Source: Candidatus Nomurabacteria bacterium (GTDB lineage Bacteria; Patescibacteriota; Minisyncoccia; Phycocordibacterales; UBA9973). Taken from it: a stretch of DNA of 64,000 nt. Below are positions 35,286 through 44,906 of this stretch, one piece after another (the stretch's first letter is position 1; every line of letters starts with the position of its first letter). A program made the position numbers and the translations under genes. The notes below the pieces were generated by a model. That model made no database searches, had not been told where the DNA came from, and was given only the letters and a program-made list of their open reading frames with translations. Location of the stretch: contig CAWHSF010000003.1 of NCBI GenBank assembly GCA_963832025.1, positions 79,665-143,664 on the forward strand, read 5' to 3'.

Positions 35286-35346
35286 ACCCTCCAGACGTTG
35301 GACGTCTGTAAGCTTACAGACGTCCAACGTCTGGAGGTTTATCCCC
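35286..35346. repeat. perfect 48-nt palindrome (35289-35336) plus gtttatcccc flank
   Basis: Identical to 20219-20266. Lies ~35 nt upstream of the rpsF start. Confidence 0.95.
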
Positions 35347-35350
35347 AACA

Positions 35351-36214
35351 TTAAATTTTGAATAGTCTTTTGGCGTTTGCGATAATAGCTCCTGCCACTT
35401 CCGCTTCGGAAAGGTTTTTAATTTCAGCGATTTTTTTCACAATTTCTTGCACATACACAGGTTCATTGCGTTTGCCACGATACGGCACCGGCGCCACATA
35501 AGGCGCATCGGTCTCGGACATAATCATATCAAGTGGAGTATTTTTTATAACTTCATCATAATCATGCGTAAAGGTTATAACCGGTAAAAGAAAGAGTGAA
35601 ACCAAAATCTAAAAATGCTTTCGCTGTATTCCAGTCACCCGCAAAAAAATGCACGTCGCCTTTTACTTTGGAATATTTTTTTAAAAGCTCCAATGCATCC
35701 ATGTAAGCATTTTGGGTTGCTTGTGGTGAGCCCGTCGAACCATTGCGAATGTGCAACATGAGTGGCTTGTTAAATTCGTTCGCAAGTTCTATTTGCGCGA
35801 TAAAAGCTTCCTTTTGTTTTGAGATTGATTCTTCTTCTAAGCGATAATAATCCAACCCACATTCACCTATCGCAACTATTTTCTTATTTGCTTTTTCATC
35901 TTTTAAAAGTTCCCGATAAATATTTTTATCAAAAATTTCTCCACGTGAAGTAAATTCACCACCTTCTTCTCCTAATTCTTGTTTATCATGAAAAGAAGCG
36001 CCGGTATGTATCGGATGTAAACCAACAATCGCATAAACTCCTTCTTCATATTTATGCGCCAACGTCTACGGCATTTTTGGAAGTATCCGCTTGCGTGCCG
36101 ACATTTATCACCCAAGTATCATTATCCAAGGCGCGTTTAATAACGACATCTCTGTCTTCATCAAATGCTTTGAAATTAACGTGTGCTGTGAATGTCTATG
36201 TATTTTGGGGTCAT
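35351..36214 (-). pseudogene. tatD: TatD-family metal-dependent hydrolase with at least 3 frame disruptions
   Basis: MTPKYIDIHS(H)VNF..., HKYEEGVYAIVGLHPIH, GECGLDYY, PLMLHIRN, DAPYVAPVPYRGKRNEP spread over three frames (breaks near 36190, 36065, 35590). Confidence 0.7.
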
Positions 36215-36226
36215 AATTTAATTCAA

Positions 36227-36277
36227 GACCCCCTCCTTTCTCCTCCCCCTTAGTAAGGGGGAGGCTGGGTGGGGGTC
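36227..36277. repeat. 51-nt GC-rich palindrome gaccccctcctttctcctccccc-ttagtaa-gggggaggctgggtgggggtc
   Basis: Family copies at 36638-36677 and 37232-37283. Confidence 0.9.
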
Positions 36278-36628
36278 AACTTAGTTTGCTAAAAATTTTT
36301 TGTATAACCCCTTCAATATTAGTATTTATCTCTGTGTTTGTAAAACGTAAAACTTTTATATTAAGACCTTTAAAATAATTGCTTCTTACTTTGTCATATT
36401 CTTTAGCTTCTTTTTCAAAATGTTGTGAACCATCAATTTCAATTACCAATTCTTTGACGGACAATAAAAATCAGCAATGTATCCTCCAATACTATGCTGT
36501 CTTCTAAATTTAAAACCCAATTGCTCTCTGCGTAGTCGTGACCATAATAAAATTTCTTGCGGGGTTTGATTGCTTCTTAAGTCAACTCGTCTATCTTTCA
36601 GCTTTAAAATGTTATATACAACTGTCAT
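36276..36628 (-). pseudogene. DUF559 (Vsr-like endonuclease fold) protein, one frameshift near 36450
   Basis: LRSNQTPQEILLWSRLRREQLGFKFRRQHSIGGYIADFYCP then ELVIEIDGSQH...LRFTN in a second frame. Confidence 0.65.
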
Positions 36629-36637
36629 TGGTATTTT

Positions 36638-36677
36638 AGCTCCTCCGCCTTAGTAAGGGGGAGGTTAGGAGGGGGTC
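36638..36677. repeat. second copy of the CCCCTTAGTAAGGGGG family (shorter left arm)
   Basis: agctcctccgcc-ttagtaa-gggggaggttaggagggggtc. Confidence 0.85.
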
Positions 36678-37231
36678 TAAAGTTTTATCCAAAATCTAAG
36701 TTTACTAGGCTCGCCGTTTTCACCAGGAACTTCATTTTCCAAAACTCCACCATTGGCCTCAATAATTTTTCTTGAACCCATGTTTGTACTATCACAAGTA
36801 AGTAAAACTTTTTCTAGGCCCAAGTCACGAGCTTTTGGTAAAATAAGGGCAAGAGCCTTTTCTCCGTAACCTAATTTTCTTTTGGATGGACGGATTGCGT
36901 ATCCTATATGACCACCAACCTTTAAAAGATTTTCATTGAGTTTATGTCTCAAAGAAACTCTCCCAGCATATCCATCTTTATCAATTACCCAGTATGTAGT
37001 TTGCGGAACATAATCTGACTGTATATTCACACCTTGTGATTCATCCTTTAAATGTTTAATAAGATTGGGAAAATCATTTTTCGTCTCTTCTTCGCTCTCA
37101 TCTAATTCTGTTCCTTCTTTCCGAAACTCTTCCAATGCAGATAAATAACTATCCTTATACTTTACAGAAGGTTCTTGAATTTCACACTCTACTTTCTTTT
37201 GTTCTGGTTTTATTTTTTCCATAAACTTCAA
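36677..37231 (-). CDS. GNAT-family N-acetyltransferase
   Basis: HIGYAIRPSKRKLGYGEKALALILPKARDLGLEKVLLTCDSTNMGSRKIIEANGG. Confidence 0.75.
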   Translation of the reverse strand: MKFMEKIKPEQKKVECEIQEPSVKYKDSYLSALEEFRKEGTELDESEEETKNDFPNLIKHLKDESQGVNIQSDYVPQTTYWVIDKDGYAGRVSLRHKLNENLLKVGGHIGYAIRPSKRKLGYGEKALALILPKARDLGLEKVLLTCDSTNMGSRKIIEANGGVLENEVPGENGEPSKLRFWIKL

Positions 37232-37283
37232 GATCCCCCTCCTTTCTCCTCCCCCTTAGTAAGGGGGAGGCTGGGTAGGGGTC
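37232..37283. repeat. third copy of the CCCCTTAGTAAGGGGG family
   Basis: Nearly identical to 36227-36277. Confidence 0.9.
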
Positions 37284-37286
37284 TCT

Positions 37287-38732
37287 TTATTCTTTTCTTA
37301 AAAACAAAGGCTTCTCTGGCTTTTTATTTTCTTTGATTAATTTTTTGAGTAAAATATTTGTCTCCGGCATTATCGGATTTAACATACGAGCGATAGTGTA
37401 TAGACGCAAAATCATTTCCGTAATTAATTCTTTTCCTTTTTTCTCATCAACTTTTACAACTTTAAATGGCTCTGTCGTTTGAATAAACTTATCTAGTTCT
37501 CCAATCTCATTCCAGACAAAATCTGCTGCTTGTTTTACATCAAATTTTTCATAAAAAGTGAAGTACTCTGCAAAATCAGATTTTTCCGGAATCTCCGGAC
37601 ATTTTTCCAAATATTTTTCCGACAAGGTTAAAATTCTCGAAGCTAAGTTTCCCAAACCATTCGCAAGTCCTGCATTGTAAGCTTCTTTAAATCTCTCTAT
37701 AGTAAATGGGCTGTCTTCGAAGGAAGAAACTTCACGTAGAAGAAAATAGCGAAGCGCATCGATTCCATATTCCGATACGACATCTCTGGGGTCTATGACA
37801 TTTCCCAAAGTTTTAGACATTCTTACTCCGTTTTCCCCGGTAATAAAACCGTCCACCACTATCTGATGTGAATTCGGTAATTCTGCGGCAAAAAGCATGG
37901 CTTGCCACATGGCACCTTGAAAACGCGTATTATCTTTTCCGCAGTATTGTGTAGGATGTCCATCTATCCAATATTTTTTAAATTGTTCCGTATTTTCGGG
38001 CCAGCCCAGAGTAGAAATATAATTGACCAGCGCATCAAACCAGACATACATAACATGCTCATTGTCTCCAGGCACCTCTATTCCCCAAGGCATTTTTGCT
38101 TTTAATCGGGAAATAGAAAAATCTTGCAATCCATTCTTAACAAAATTCTTTATCTCATTATAGCGAAAATCTGGAACAATAAAATTTGGATTCTTTTCAT
38201 AAAAATGTAGAAGCTTCCCTCCAAAAGCGGAATATTTGAAAAAATAATTTTCTTCTTTGATTATTTCTACGGGACGGCCAGGATGAAGCAAACACTCCCC
38301 TTGTTCATTTAATTCGGAATCGGTCTTTTCGCTTTCACACCCGACACAGTATTTTGCTTCGTAATTTTTTTTGTAAATATAACCATTTTTATTAACAATT
38401 TTCCAAAACTCTTGAGTGGCTTTCACGTGATGTTCATCTGTCGTACGAACGAAGTGAACACTTTCATTTATACCAAACATTTTTAGTTGTTCTTTAAATG
38501 TTTCAAAACCTTGGTCCACAAAAGCTTGAACGGTTAAACCGCTCTCTTGCGCTTTTTCGTAAATTTTTATTCCATGTTCATCCGTACCGGTATTAAAGTA
38601 TACATCCTCTCCAAGTAATGCTTTATACCGAGCAATTGCATCTGCGCGCACAAGCTCAAGCGCATGACCCAAATGAAGAGGTGCATTTACATATGGAAGA
38701 GTCGTCGTGATGTAGAAACTATTTTTTTTCAT
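37287..38732 (-). CDS. metG: methionine--tRNA ligase (short form)
   Basis: PYVNAPLHLGH (HIGH class) and RMSKTLGN (KMSKS). Confidence 0.9.
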   Translation of the reverse strand: MKKNSFYITTTLPYVNAPLHLGHALELVRADAIARYKALLGEDVYFNTGTDEHGIKIYEKAQESGLTVQAFVDQGFETFKEQLKMFGINESVHFVRTTDEHHVKATQEFWKIVNKNGYIYKKNYEAKYCVGCESEKTDSELNEQGECLLHPGRPVEIIKEENYFFKYSAFGGKLLHFYEKNPNFIVPDFRYNEIKNFVKNGLQDFSISRLKAKMPWGIEVPGDNEHVMYVWFDALVNYISTLGWPENTEQFKKYWIDGHPTQYCGKDNTRFQGAMWQAMLFAAELPNSHQIVVDGFITGENGVRMSKTLGNVIDPRDVVSEYGIDALRYFLLREVSSFEDSPFTIERFKEAYNAGLANGLGNLASRILTLSEKYLEKCPEIPEKSDFAEYFTFYEKFDVKQAADFVWNEIGELDKFIQTTEPFKVVKVDEKKGKELITEMILRLYTIARMLNPIMPETNILLKKLIKENKKPEKPLFLRKE

Positions 38733-39798
38733 TGTTTATTTTTAAAGAATGTTTCTTTTTTTCCAGGTCTCCAAGAAACTCCATTACAAAAACAGAAACC
38801 GGGATGGCGAGAACCAATCCCCAGAAACCACCCAACTTGAAACCAATCAAGGCCGCAATTATCACCACCAGCGGAGAAAGTCCTACCACGCTTCGGATAA
38901 CCAACGGGGAAAAAAGAAAAACTTCAAATTGGTGAAGGATGATATACAACAAAGCGACCGCTAGTGCGCTACCGGTGCCTCCGGAAAGATAAGAAAAATA
39001 CACAGCCGGAATCAGCGCAATTAAAATACCATATGGGATGAGTTCCATTGCACCCGCAATCAAAGCGAGAAGAAGCGCGTATTGTATGCCCAAAAGAGAC
39101 AGCATCAAATATGTCAAAATAGCGATCAGGACGCCGAGAAGCATTTGTCCTTTCATCCACAGAGCAATTTTTCTGCGTGAACGATGCCACAAGTCCACTG
39201 CGTATTCTTCATGTTCTACCGGCAAAATAATTCTTAAAAAATTTTCCATGCCATTTTCTTGGATTGAAAGATAAAAAGAAATTAAAATTATGAGTACAAC
39301 ATTAAAAATACTGCCAAAGGCCGCGGTAAGAACTTGGAAAAATCCACCGGAAAGATTTTCAATAAAAGTATTGGAAGTAGAAACCAGAGTCGTCAAAGAT
39401 AAGCTGTGAGAGAGATTGTTGACGATATCTTTTGCGCCGCCAAAAGCATCGTTGCTAAAATAATTTAAAATTGGAGAATTCGGCACATAGGACGACAAGA
39501 AAGTGGAAAAATTATAAACTTCCGTTATCAAAAGCGGCGCAAAAAGATAAAACAGCAAAGCGAGAAGAAGAATTGTGCAAATATATAAAATGACTACAGC
39601 CAAAACTCTGTTTATTTTAAGTTTCTTGAAGTAAGGGATGCCTGACTCCACAAAAGAAGAGATAATTATGGCAGTCAAAATAACCAGCATTATTTCTCTC
39701 AAATACCAGAACAAATAAAATGCCAACGCCACCAAAAAGAAGCGGATTATCGTTCCGAGAGAGATGGTCGTAGTGTTTGCATTATTCTTTTCAAACAT
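38719..39798 (-). CDS. AI-2E family transporter (PerM/UPF0118)
   Basis: 8-TM pattern with ...AGAMELIPYGILIALIPAV... block. Confidence 0.75.
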   Translation of the reverse strand: MFEKNNANTTTISLGTIIRFFLVALAFYLFWYLREIMLVILTAIIISSFVESGIPYFKKLKINRVLAVVILYICTILLLALLFYLFAPLLITEVYNFSTFLSSYVPNSPILNYFSNDAFGGAKDIVNNLSHSLSLTTLVSTSNTFIENLSGGFFQVLTAAFGSIFNVVLIILISFYLSIQENGMENFLRIILPVEHEEYAVDLWHRSRRKIALWMKGQMLLGVLIAILTYLMLSLLGIQYALLLALIAGAMELIPYGILIALIPAVYFSYLSGGTGSALAVALLYIILHQFEVFLFSPLVIRSVVGLSPLVVIIAALIGFKLGGFWGLVLAIPVSVFVMEFLGDLEKKKHSLKINNEKK

Positions 39799-39820
39799 AT
39801 GAACATATTACCACAAAATA

Positions 39821-39870
39821 CACCTCTCCCCAACCCCTCTCCTTGCCAAGGAGAGGGGCAAGGGTGGGGT
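39821..39870. repeat. 50-nt GC-rich palindrome ...cccctctcc-ttgccaa-ggagagggg...
   Basis: A relative lies inside ileS at 46949-47006. Confidence 0.85.
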
Positions 39871-39874
39871 TTAA

Positions 39875-41143
39875 TTAGAATTTTAGAATCTTCAAAAACT
39901 TGGATTTATCTTTAAAAGGCCCGATGAGCGCCATATTTAACTTGTCATCTTTAAAAATCTGCTTGGCTAAGTTTTGAATTTGCAGAGCCGTGACTTTGCG
40001 TATTTCGGCTGATTTTTCTTCTATATTTTTTAGTTCACGTTTCAAAAGTTCCTGCCCACCATAAAAATTGGCGATATCATCGCTAGACTCCAAGGAAAGT
40101 TTCATGTTGCCGATTATATATTCTTTCACTTTGTTCAATTCTTCTTCGCTTATTTTTTTTGTTTTTAATAAGTTGCATTCAACTAACACCGCTTTTATTA
40201 CTTCTTCAATTCTTTTATTATCTACGCCGGCAGAAATTTGAAAAAAGCCGTGATCCGTATAAGCATCGTTATAAGCGCGAACATAGTAACCGACGCCCAT
40301 CTCTTCGCGCAGTTTTTGAAACAGGCGCGAGCTCATTCCTCCTCCGAGTGCGCAACCGAGTACGGAAAGTATCGCGTTTTTTTTATCAAACAAACCATAA
40401 CTGCGAACTCCTAAAACAAAATGAGTTTGATCGGTCTCTTTGAATTTCAGCAAAACCTGCGGGCGAGTCTGAATTTCTTTTACTTTCAATTTGCCTTTTT
40501 TCTTGCCGCGGGAAACTTTTCCAAAAATTTTATTTACCTCATTCATCACCTCACGCTCCGTCACCGCTCCGGCGACGACTAGCACGGTTGCCTCCGGCAA
40601 ATAATGATCTTTTTTATAAGCAACAAAATCATCCCGTTTCATTTCTAAAACATTTTTCTTTTCACCGGCAATGTTCCACCCCGCAGGCTGGTCACCATAG
40701 AGTAACTGCATCAACAAATCCTGGACGTGCCTCTGAGGCACGTCTTCATACATATTTATCTCCTCAATAATCACACCTTTTTCTTTTTGCATTTCAGCTT
40801 CCGGAAAAGTGGAATTTAAATAAATATCGGAAATAATATCAAAAATTTTATGGAAATGTTTCGCGTCCGATTTGGCATAATATCCGGTATATTCCTGCGC
40901 CGTGAAAGCATTGTACTGACTGCCGAGCGCGTCCAATTCCTTTGATATATCAATTGCTTTTGGTCTTTTTATCGTCCCTTTGAAACACATATGCTCCAAA
41001 AAATGTGAAATTCCGTTCACCTTTTTTGTTTCGTATTTTGAACCGGCTTCAACCAGAACCAATACCGTCGCTGTCGGATTGTCTTTCATTGGTATCGTTA
41101 CAACACGCAATCCGTTTTTTAAAACTTTTTTTGAGAATTTCAT
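39875..41143 (-). CDS. M16-family zinc peptidase (pitrilysin-like)
   Basis: Inverted zinc motif HFLEH plus a downstream Glu region. Confidence 0.8.
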   Translation of the reverse strand: MKFSKKVLKNGLRVVTIPMKDNPTATVLVLVEAGSKYETKKVNGISHFLEHMCFKGTIKRPKAIDISKELDALGSQYNAFTAQEYTGYYAKSDAKHFHKIFDIISDIYLNSTFPEAEMQKEKGVIIEEINMYEDVPQRHVQDLLMQLLYGDQPAGWNIAGEKKNVLEMKRDDFVAYKKDHYLPEATVLVVAGAVTEREVMNEVNKIFGKVSRGKKKGKLKVKEIQTRPQVLLKFKETDQTHFVLGVRSYGLFDKKNAILSVLGCALGGGMSSRLFQKLREEMGVGYYVRAYNDAYTDHGFFQISAGVDNKRIEEVIKAVLVECNLLKTKKISEEELNKVKEYIIGNMKLSLESSDDIANFYGGQELLKRELKNIEEKSAEIRKVTALQIQNLAKQIFKDDKLNMALIGPFKDKSKFLKILKF

Positions 41144-41146
41144 TTT

Positions 41147-41578
41147 TTATATTAATTTATCTTTATATAACGCTAATTCTTTTAGTGTTTGAGAGTGGAG
41201 TGGCTGAGGTAAGTTGTCTAATGTAAACCACCCAATTTCATCAAATTTATGCGGTTCGCCGTTTTTTATTTCTTTTGGTTCAACCAGCACTGAAAAATGA
41301 AATTGTATCCAGTGAACCTTTTTCCCATTTTGCTCCCGAAAATTATCGTTGAACCCAATAAAAGAATATTGTATGTTCAGGGCACAATACTCTTCCTTTA
41401 CTTCTTTGCGAAGAGTTTCTTCGACTGTGTCGCCAAAATCTATTCCACCTCCACCAAAATCCCAACAACCATGTTCGTCGCGACAATTTATTCCTCGCTT
41501 GTTCATTACATAATTTCCTTTGCCGTCATGGCAATAGTACGAAACCCCAACTCCGATGTAATCAATCCCTTTTTCCAT
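41147..41578 (-). CDS. NUDIX hydrolase
   Basis: Nudix box GGGGIDFGDTVEETLRKEVKEEYC. Confidence 0.8.
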   Translation of the reverse strand: MEKGIDYIGVGVSYYCHDGKGNYVMNKRGINCRDEHGCWDFGGGGIDFGDTVEETLRKEVKEEYCALNIQYSFIGFNDNFREQNGKKVHWIQFHFSVLVEPKEIKNGEPHKFDEIGWFTLDNLPQPLHSQTLKELALYKDKLI

Positions 41579-41579
41579 C

Positions 41580-42896
41580 TTAGATTTTTTCCTTGATATA
41601 ATTTTTTAAATCGGATACTTTTACCCTCTCTTGTTTGCCTGTGTCACGGTCGCGAACAGTCACGGTGTCGTCGGTAAGTGTGTCAAAGTCAATTACGATG
41701 CAAAATGGTGTACCAATTTCATCCTGACGGCGATAGCGTTTGCCGATATTGCCATTGTCATCCCAAGCAACTCTTCCGAATTCTGCTTTGAGTAGAGCGT
41801 AAACTTTTGTTTTAGCATATTCCACGAGTTCTGGTTTATTTTTTAAAAGCGGAGATACTGCGCAAATAACCGGCGCAATACTCGGTTTAAATTTTAAATA
41901 GGAACGAATTTCGTTTTCTTTCTTCGTCTTCCGTATATGCAGACAAAAGCAAAACAAGCACGGTGCGATCCACACCAAAAGTCGGTTCTATCACGTGCGG
42001 AACCATTTTTTCGGAGTTTTCTTCGTCAATATATTCGAGTTTGTGTTGTTTTAAATCAAAATCCGTACGATAGGCAAGTCCAAAAAGTTCTTTTCTGCCG
42101 AAAGGAAAATCAAATTCAAAATCAACTGTGCGGCTAGAGTAATGCGCCCTATCTTCTTTCGCCACCTCAAGCTCGTGGACCTTACTCATATCTATACCTA
42201 CTTCTTCCATCCAATCCAGCATCTCCCCTTTCCAGTATTCAAAATATTTCTCCCAATCGGTCGGGCGAATAAAATACTCAATTTCCATTTGCTCAAATTC
42301 TCGAGCGCGAAAAATGAAAATCTCGCGGAGTAATTTCATTTCGAAAAGCTTTGCCGATTTGCGCCATGCCAAAAGGAAGCTTCGGATGAAAAGCATCCAC
42401 AGTATTTTTAAAATTCACAAACATCCCTTGCGCGGTTTCTGGACGCAGATAAGAAGTCGCACTGGAATCATCGGAGTGCGCCGACTTTTGTCTGAAACAT
42501 CATGTTAAATTGTCTGGCTTCACCTAATTTTCCGCCACAATTTGGACATTTGATTTTATCTTTTTCTATTTGGTCTGCGCGAAATTTCGAATGACATTTT
42601 TCACACTCCACCATAGGGTCAGCGAAGCCAGCCACGTGACCGGACGCTTGCCAGACTTCTTGACGCATCAAAATTGCCGCATCCACGCCATACATATCCA
42701 TCCTGCTATCGACAAATTTTTTCCACCAATTTTGTTTAATATTATTTTTGAGAGCCACACCGAAATGCCCCCAATCAAAAGTGCCTCCGAGCCCTCCGTA
42801 AATTTCCGAACCTTGAAAAATAAATCCTCGCCTCTTGCAAAGCGAAACTATTTTTTCCATCAAATCATTTTTATCTCTTTTTTCTTCTTCTGCCAT
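41580..42896 (-). CDS. glyQS: glycine--tRNA ligase (dimeric GlyQS type), 3 apparent frameshifts
   Basis: [13 protein letters not shown]; [23 protein letters not shown] readable only in a shifted frame near 42400-42465; [14 protein letters not shown]; C-terminal anticodon-binding block. Breaks near 42465, 42320, 41925. Confidence 0.85.
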
Positions 42897-42915
42897 TTTT
42901 ATTTTTTACTTAATT

Positions 42916-44850
42916 TTAATGACTTACGACAGTGGCTTCCGGAGCAGAAAATGTGGGGTCGCTGGTGAGATTGGTATTGAGACTACCTTTATCCACACTT
43001 ACATTTACATTAGCAAAATCATCATGTCCAGTCAAAATTGCATCGTTCAAAATAATTGGCGTAGTGTTGACTTGCGAAATGGAAGGATTGAGAGAAACCT
43101 GGAAAGACACGGAGCGTGGAACACCAGTGATGCCTGTCCCTGCCACCACCCTATCTACATTCCAAACTATGGCTCTGGTGGAAGCATTGTAAGTTAAATT
43201 TTCAGTTGCCGGTAAAAATGATCCTACAAAGTTTGCCCATGCAGGTAAAGAAGAAGTAACTTGTACGTTAGAAATGCTATTGGCGGTATTAGAAATGGTC
43301 CAGACTACCGTATAAGTGGTAGTTTTACCGACAGTCGGCGGAAGCGGACCAGTGTTGGTAAAAAGTCCAGAACCGTAAAGTGCTTTACTGGATAATCCAA
43401 CATCGGAAATAATATTTATGCTTGCCGAAGAAGAGTTGGCTAGATTGTTTACCGCAAACCCAGAAGCGGATTGTTGTCCAGAAATATCCACTTCTATATT
43501 TATGGAAGGATTGGAAAGTATCCCGCCCGAAGCAGATACCAGTGAAAGTGGAGACAGGGAAAAACTCAAGTTGCCCGAATCGCCAGGATTTACTTGTGCG
43601 AGCCCACCCACGCCAGTTTTATCCCAAGTGATAGTATCTGTCGATGAGTCATAAAAACCTTCCGGCACGAGAATCGTGCTACGGTCAAATGCATTGCCGG
43701 AAAGTTTTGCTTGTATTTGTAAATTGTCTACTTGGGTATCTAGATTATTTATATATTGAATCTGCCCGTTAATAATTGACTGGTCATTTACCGCATAAGT
43801 GCCTTGCGAAACACCGTTGATGGAAAGATCTGCTTCCACGAAAGGTTTTTGAATAGTTACGACTTGTTGCATGGAATTATAGACAACATCAATCTCTGAT
43901 TTGTTGGTGCTAGATTGCGAACCACTAGACACGTTAAAAGTTTTTTGGTCTCCGTTAAAAACACCAATCATTTTACCAGAGATAGCAATGTCGTGTTCTG
44001 AACCGGGAGCCAGGTTGCCTAAATTCCAAACATCGTTGCCAAAAGAAGGCGCTGGCGTTGCTGATAAAAATTGAAAACCGACTGGGTAGTCAAGCTTTAC
44101 GAGTATACCTGGGGCTGTGGTAGTGGAATTGAGTGTCGCTTTCACATCCAAGGTTATGGTTTGGTTTGGACTAATACTTTGAGGCGCATCAACCGATAAA
44201 TTTATAGGAGTGGAATTTATTGTTACATTGTATGGTTGGTCTTTGACGAAAATAGCATTCGAGCCGGCAACACTGTATTCAAGAGAAATTGTTATCGGAA
44301 CGACACTGCCCTGTTCGCCGAAAAGAATCGGATTTAAATTTTCATTTACAACAGTCCCGGCCGAAATAGTGCCGATGGACAAACGAGTAGTCACCGTGTC
44401 GGAAGGCGAACTCGAGCTCGAACCTTTGGGATAGCTCATGACGAGGTCTGCAAGCTCTAGCGAAGAATTGTTTTTATTGGTAATACCGACAACAAGTGGA
44501 AGCTCTTGTCCCCCGGCAGTAGAATTATTACCGAGAATAGCAATATCAATATTGTTATTGGAAACAGTGTTGCCTCCGATAAAAAATACATAACCTGCAT
44601 ATCCCAATGCCAAGATAAAGATAATAATGGAAAAAATAAAAAACTTTTTGAAAAAAGATGTTTTCATAAAAAATTTATGTCCGCTTGTGGGACTGCCTGT
44701 TTCATCCACCTTCCAAGAGTCTACAACTGTTTTCGGTGGTAAAGGAGAAAAAACGTCTCTATGTTCTATTTGAGTCTTGTAATTCTTGCTGAATAATTTA
44801 CTTTTTAGGTCCTCTAGCCTATTGAGGTTGTTTCTATCATCGAGCGGCAT
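42916..44850 (-). CDS. membrane-anchored protein (644 aa) with repeated beta-sandwich-like domains
   Basis: One TM helix (FFIFSIIIFILALGYAGYVFFIGG), then Ser/Thr/Asn-rich repeats. Confidence 0.55.
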   Translation of the reverse strand: MPLDDRNNLNRLEDLKSKLFSKNYKTQIEHRDVFSPLPPKTVVDSWKVDETGSPTSGHKFFMKTSFFKKFFIFSIIIFILALGYAGYVFFIGGNTVSNNNIDIAILGNNSTAGGQELPLVVGITNKNNSSLELADLVMSYPKGSSSSSPSDTVTTRLSIGTISAGTVVNENLNPILFGEQGSVVPITISLEYSVAGSNAIFVKDQPYNVTINSTPINLSVDAPQSISPNQTITLDVKATLNSTTTAPGILVKLDYPVGFQFLSATPAPSFGNDVWNLGNLAPGSEHDIAISGKMIGVFNGDQKTFNVSSGSQSSTNKSEIDVVYNSMQQVVTIQKPFVEADLSINGVSQGTYAVNDQSIINGQIQYINNLDTQVDNLQIQAKLSGNAFDRSTILVPEGFYDSSTDTITWDKTGVGGLAQVNPGDSGNLSFSLSPLSLVSASGGILSNPSINIEVDISGQQSASGFAVNNLANSSSASINIISDVGLSSKALYGSGLFTNTGPLPPTVGKTTTYTVVWTISNTANSISNVQVTSSLPAWANFVGSFLPATENLTYNASTRAIVWNVDRVVAGTGITGVPRSVSFQVSLNPSISQVNTTPIILNDAILTGHDDFANVNVSVDKGSLNTNLTSDPTFSAPEATVVSH

Positions 44851-44906
44851 ATGAGTATTGTATCACTCTGAACGAAATTTTAGAAATTTCCTACTGGGTA
44901 AGTATT

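Noticed and set aside
40723-40744. gacgtgcc-tctg-aggcacgtc palindrome inside the M16 peptidase gene as a definite element insertion
   Set aside because: It is only 22 nt, and the encoded EDVPQRHVQ lies in a region that is plausibly native to M16 peptidases. It is noted as a possible family member, but the evidence is too weak to call.
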